Origin: Candidatus Latescibacterota bacterium
GTDB taxonomy: Bacteria; Latescibacterota; UBA2968
Direction: 5' to 3'
Length of the DNA: 64,000 bases
Assembly: GCA_965198115.1 (NCBI GenBank)
Contig: OZ240241.1
Coordinates: 2,528,001 to 2,592,000, forward strand
Below the pieces are notes generated by a model. The model had not been told where the DNA came from and searched no databases. It saw nothing but the letters and a program-made list of their open reading frames with translations. This document shows, piece after piece, positions 59,116-64,000 of this stretch. Each line of letters opens with the position of its first letter. Position 1 is the stretch's first letter. Made by a program: the position numbers and the translations under genes.

Positions 59116-59916
59116 CTAATACCGTTCCGGAACGTGCGTCTGCTCGTCTTCGGGCGGGCGGACATATCCATCGTCTTCTTGACGCGGCGGCATTTCGATC
59201 GGATCGGGTGTCAGGTCTTCGTGGGAAACCATCGAGAGCAGATGGTTGATGCAATTGAGGCGCAGCAATCGCTTGCAATCCGAATGGACTACATACCAGG
59301 GGGAGTGTTTCGTATCCGTGTGGAAGAACATATCGTCCTTCGCCTTCGAGTAGTCGACCCACCGGGTACGTGAAGCGAGATCCGTCGGGCTCAGTTTCCA
59401 TCGTTTTGTCGGGTCGTCTATCCGCTCCTGGAACCGCTTCTCCTGTTCCTCGTCGCTCACGGAGAACCAGTATTTGATCAGAATGATCCCCGACCGAATC
59501 AGCATTCGCTCCAGTTCTGGAACGGTTCTGAAGAACTCCTCCACATCCTCATCAGTACAGAACCCCATCACGCGCTCCACGCCGGCTCGATTGTACCAGC
59601 TCCGATCGAACAGAACGAGCTCACCCGCCGCTGGCAAGTGCGGGATGTAACGCTGGAAATACCACTGCGATTGTTCCCGCATCGAGGGCGCAGGAAGCGC
59701 CACAACGCGACATCCGCGTGGATTGAGAGGTTCTGTGATCCGCTTGATCACGCCACCCTTGCCTGCTGCGTCTCTGCCTTCGAAAAGCACGAGCACTTTA
59801 AGGCCGCGATCCTTGATCCAGCCCTGGAGGGTCACCAACTCATCCTGAAGTCGCGACAGCTCTTTCTCGTATGCCTTCTTCTGCACGCGACGGGTGACCT
59901 TAGATCCCTTGCCCAT
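59116..59916 (-). CDS. ppk2: Polyphosphate kinase 2
   Basis: FEGRDAAGKGG, QWYFQRY, FDRSWYNRAGVERVMGFC and WKLSP. Confidence 0.97.
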   Translation of the reverse strand: MGKGSKVTRRVQKKAYEKELSRLQDELVTLQGWIKDRGLKVLVLFEGRDAAGKGGVIKRITEPLNPRGCRVVALPAPSMREQSQWYFQRYIPHLPAAGELVLFDRSWYNRAGVERVMGFCTDEDVEEFFRTVPELERMLIRSGIILIKYWFSVSDEEQEKRFQERIDDPTKRWKLSPTDLASRTRWVDYSKAKDDMFFHTDTKHSPWYVVHSDCKRLLRLNCINHLLSMVSHEDLTPDPIEMPPRQEDDGYVRPPEDEQTHVPERY

Positions 59917-60151
59917 CTTGATACCTCCACACCCTTCAATCGACTCATTGAGAACAGGGGCCCTCGAAATTAGCAGCCCCTCCATTTAATCCGGCCTGCG
60001 CCAGCGCAATGTAAGCACTTCTTTCAGAATTCTAAACAGTCAAGACCACAGAAAAGTACCGTCAGACTGCGATGCCTCGTCTTGCGGCGGCCACAGGAGC
60101 GACCTTATCTTGGCCGCCGTTCTGTTCCTATCCGGAGGAAGGTATGGCAAA

Positions 60152-62210
60152 ATGGGGCAGCTGATCGGCATCGACATTGGGGGCACCTTCACAGACTTCG
60201 TTCTCGTCGACCCCGCAACACAGGACATACAGACCCACAAGGTCCCGTCGATTCCGAGCGATCCAGCGAACGCCCTGGTCGGTGGTCTGAAGGAGATGCA
60301 GCTTGACGCCATCGAAGCGATCGTGCACGGCACCACAGTCGCGACCAACGCCATCCTGGAACGAAAGGGTGCACGCTGCGGTCTGATCGCCACCCAGGGC
60401 TTCCGCGACATCCTGGAGCTCCGCCGACGCGACCGACCCCACGCATACGGTCTGACCGGCTCGTTCGAGCCATTGATTCCAAGAGACCGTCGCCTTGAAG
60501 TCGTGGAACGGATCGGATCGAACGGGGAGGTCCTGGTCCCGGTCGATGTCGATGCGGTCGAGGAAGTTGCCCGAAAGCTTCTCGAACGGGACGTGGAAGG
60601 CATCGTCGTCGCTTTCATGAATGCCTACGCGAACCGATCAACGAACAGAGGGCTCGCGACGCCATCAAATCGATCCGTCCCGACCTTCACGTGTCCTGTT
60701 CATCGGAGGTTCTGCCGCTCTTCCGCGAGTTCGAGCGCACGAGCACAGCAACGGTGAACGCCTACGTTCAACCGATTGTCGCCCGCTACCTCCAACGTGT
60801 CCAGGACCGTCTTGCCTCGGCCACCGGCTACGCCCGTAGCCTGCTCGTGATGCAGTCCAACGGCGGGATGCTCGACATCGACGCCCTCTCCGATTTTCCC
60901 GTCCAGACCGTCCTGTCAGGTCCCGCAGCTGGTGTGATGGGCGCGGTCCGTCTGGCCGCGGAACACGATGTCGACAACCTGATCACCTACGATATGGGCG
61001 GCACCAGCCTGGACGTAGCGCTCGTCTCAGACGGACGACCGGAGAGAACGAGCGGGACAGAGATCGAATTCGGCATTCCGATCGAATCGTCGATGATCGA
61101 CGTGCGGACCGTTGGAGCGGGCGGGGGCAGCATCGCCTGGATCGATGCGGGTGGAATCCTGCAGATCGGCCCGGAAAGCGCTGGAGGCGATCCGGGGCCC
61201 GTTTGCTACGGAGCGGGAGGCGAAGATCCCACAGTCACGGACGCCCTCGTCGTATTGGGTCGAATCAATCCGGACAGATCTATCACGGGCACGACGCTCG
61301 ATGTGGCACTCGCCCGCACAGCCCTCGAGCAAAGGATCGGAGAGCCGCTGGGGCTATCGACCGAACAGGCTGCATCAGCGATCATCACCGTGGCCACAAA
61401 TAGGATCTCCGGAAATCTCAGAAGGATCTCCATCGATCGAGGCCACGACCCGCGGGACTTCGCACTCTTCCCCTTCGGCGGGTGCGGGCCTCTCTTTGCG
61501 TGCCAGTTGCTCCAGGATCTGGGAATCGAGCAGGCAATCGTACCCACCTTTCCCGGAATTTCCTCTGCCTGGGGCTGCCTCGTCTCCGACGTACGACGCG
61601 ATTTCGTCCGGATGTTCAACAAGCGCCTCACCGACCTCGACCTGAAAGAGGTCGAGGAGACGATCAGGAACCACGCGGCCCAGGGAAGGGCATTCGTGGA
61701 AACGACTCACATTCCGACCGATCGCCTGACGGTCTCCGTCGAGGCAGACATCGGATTCGAGGGGCAGACCCACGTCGTCAGAACACCTCTTCCTGAGCAG
61801 AATCTGGAAGCATCAGACATCCGCAATGCTTTCAGGCAGCCTACGACAGGCAGTATGGCGTCGACAAGATCTCATTCGAAGGCCTGGCTGACCTGCTGGA
61901 TGAGTTACCCATTTGCGTTCTGAATGTCCGCACGAGCGTGGTTGGCGTTCGTCCGGAAGTCGCGCTCAAGAACCACCTGGAATCGCCAGCTTCGTCCCTG
62001 GCAGACGCAACCACGGGAGACCGACGTGTCTTCGTCGACGGCGAGTTTCAAGACTGTATGACTTTCGACAGAGAGCGAATCCCCTGGGGCTCGCAGATTT
62101 CCGGACCTGCCGTCATCGAGCAGAAGGACTGCACCGTCTGGATCGAACCTCGATTCACCGGCCAGGTCCTCGAAGGAGGGGCGCTGAAACTGGCGCGAGA
62201 AACCGAATGA
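60152..62210 (+). CDS. Hydantoinase/oxoprolinase alpha subunit (HyuA-like); frameshifts near 60640 and 61840
   Basis: IDIGGTFTD, HGTTVATNA, REFER, SGPAAG, DMGGTS.D, GAGGGS and GPAVIEQ. Confidence 0.92.
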
Positions 62211-63937
62211 CCGTCGACCCCATCACTCTGGCCGTGATTCGTGGTAGTCTCGAACAGATCGCCGACGAGATGGATGCTACGCTCGAACGAATGGCCTTTT
62301 CGCCCGTCATCTCCGACGGCTTCGACCGTGCGAGCGGCATCTACGAGCGTACGTCGGGCGATGTGATCGTTCAGGGGCCTCGAGGTCTTCCCAACTTCAT
62401 CTACGTGATGAGCCACACCGTCCGTTCCGTGATCGAGCGGATTTCCGATCCGGGTCCTGGCGATGTCTACATCGTCAACGATCCGTATCTCGGCGGAACC
62501 CACCTGATGGACGTCAAGATGGTCAGGCCGTTCTACTACAAGGGTGAACTGACCGCCTACCTCGCCAACAGCGGCCACTGGCCCGACATCGGGGGTCGCG
62601 TACCGGGCGGTTTCTCCACTCGGGCAACCGAGATCTATCAAGAGGGCCCCCAGCTGCTTCCGGTCCGCCTGTTCGACCAGGGACGTCTGAATCGGGAAGT
62701 CCTCCAGATCATTCTGCAGAACGTTCGCGTGTCAAGAGAGCGCCAGGGAGACATCATCGCCCAGGTCACCTCCCTCGAGGTCGGCCACGAAAGGCTGACC
62801 GCACTGCTGGATCGATACGGAAAAACCACCGTCCTTGGGGCGATCGATGAACTGAACCGGCGATCGGAGCAGATGATGGCGGCTCACATTGCCGGCATCC
62901 CGGACGGCACCTACCACTTCCAGGAACACATCGACAGCGACGGCGTCGTGGACAAACCGCTCGTCATCGATCTGGGTCTGCAGATCCAGGGAAGCAAGGC
63001 GACCGTCGACCTTTCGAAAAGCAGCCCACCGTGTCGGGGACCGCTCAACAGCGTGCGCAGTACGACGATGGCCGGCGTGTTTATCGCATTCAAGCACGTC
63101 TTCCCCGACGTGCCCATCAACGAGGGTTGCTTTCGGCCGTTTGAATTCGTCCTGCCCGAGTCGACTTTCCAGAACGCGCAACATCCAAGGCCGGTGGCCG
63201 GATGCGCAGCCGAGGTCTGTCAGCGGGTGATCGACGTCGTCCTGGGCGCCCTCGGCCAGGCGATGCCCGACAGATCCTACGCCGGCCCAATGGGCACGGT
63301 GACGAATCTGTCTGTCGGTGGAGATGATCCAGAGTCGGGGCTTTACGTCTTCTACTCTTTCATCGGAGGCGGTTACGGAGGGAACTTCGAAACGGATGGT
63401 CTGATCAACGGAAACCCTACGCTCGCCCTTGCCAGAACCCAGGCCCTCGAGATTTTCGAATCCCGATACCCGGTTCGATTCAGACGCTACACGATTCGCG
63501 ATGGATCGGGCGGCGCCGGTGAACATCGTGGCGGCCTGGGCGTCGTTTTCGAGTTCGAGCTGACCCGAGGCACCGCCTCCGCATCGCTGTTGGGTGATCG
63601 GGGCAAGTTCGCGCCTTTTGGCGCACTCGGAGGAAGCCAGGCTGAAATGGCAGTTCACACGTTCACCCTCTGCGGCGAGACGTATATTCCTGAGCATATT
63701 TCGAAGGACGAGGGCGTTCATATGGAGGTCGGCGACATCCTCTGCCTGATGACGCCTGGAGGGGGCGGCTGGGGACCGCCGCGTAATCGGAAGGAATCAG
63801 CTGTGATCGAGGATGTCAGACGTGGGTATTATGACAGAATCGTCGCGCAGGACGAATACGGCGTGGCCATCGATGCGGACAGCCTTGAACCGATCGAAGG
63901 AGAGACCAAAAAACTCAGGAACGCATCCGAAGACTGA
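62207..63937 (+). CDS. Hydantoinase B/oxoprolinase subunit (HyuB-like)
   Basis: DPITL, NDPYLGGTHLMD, HWPDIGG, EIYQEG, SGGAGEHRGG and TPGGGGWG. ATGA overlap with hyuA. Confidence 0.95.
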   Translation: MTVDPITLAVIRGSLEQIADEMDATLERMAFSPVISDGFDRASGIYERTSGDVIVQGPRGLPNFIYVMSHTVRSVIERISDPGPGDVYIVNDPYLGGTHLMDVKMVRPFYYKGELTAYLANSGHWPDIGGRVPGGFSTRATEIYQEGPQLLPVRLFDQGRLNREVLQIILQNVRVSRERQGDIIAQVTSLEVGHERLTALLDRYGKTTVLGAIDELNRRSEQMMAAHIAGIPDGTYHFQEHIDSDGVVDKPLVIDLGLQIQGSKATVDLSKSSPPCRGPLNSVRSTTMAGVFIAFKHVFPDVPINEGCFRPFEFVLPESTFQNAQHPRPVAGCAAEVCQRVIDVVLGALGQAMPDRSYAGPMGTVTNLSVGGDDPESGLYVFYSFIGGGYGGNFETDGLINGNPTLALARTQALEIFESRYPVRFRRYTIRDGSGGAGEHRGGLGVVFEFELTRGTASASLLGDRGKFAPFGALGGSQAEMAVHTFTLCGETYIPEHISKDEGVHMEVGDILCLMTPGGGGWGPPRNRKESAVIEDVRRGYYDRIVAQDEYGVAIDADSLEPIEGETKKLRNASED

Positions 63938-64000
63938 GGATCGGAGATGAGCTCACGAACACGCCAGTCCCTCTGTAGTGGTCTTTGACCGCGTTGAATC

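Noticed and set aside
63948-64000. ORF start (ATGAGCTCA...) after hyuB
   Set aside because: Too little sequence remains in the window to support a call.

Overview
GC-rich (about 60%, estimated by eye) bacterial chromosomal window, densely coding with about 55 genes. No rRNA, tRNA or CRISPR array was seen. Many genes carry single indels (lon, the solA-like oxidase, an enolase-superfamily gene, the HD-GYP gene, map, uxuA, hyuA and others), which suggests an imperfectly polished long-read assembly rather than real pseudogenes. Housekeeping genes (lon, lepA-lepB-hemW-thrB, tsaC/sua5, recD2, map, ppk2) are mixed with many catabolic genes (Gfo/Idh/MocA, TIM-barrel epimerases, PhyH dioxygenases, sulfotransferase, sulfatase, hydantoinase/oxoprolinase). 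There is also a ~1,590-aa secreted NHL/FG-GAP protein ending in a paired EF-hand/dockerin-like tail. This gene content resembles marine Latescibacterota/Poribacteria-like heterotrophs (inference). The standout feature is a GntR/FadR-controlled corrinoid methyl-transfer cluster at about 29.0-36.8 kb. It encodes an unknown internally duplicated FxCxxRH protein, an MtaA/CmuA-family Zn methyltransferase, a stand-alone corrinoid protein, a small 4-Cys protein, an ASKHA/RACE reactivase, two stand-alone homocysteine methyltransferases and a 'virulence factor'-domain protein. It has no pterin-binding or MttB-type partner in the window, so it may methylate homocysteine independently of folate using an unknown methyl donor. 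An ISL3 element interrupts a sulfatase gene. The intergenic spaces hold several palindromic repeat families, including tiny inserts nested inside other repeats.
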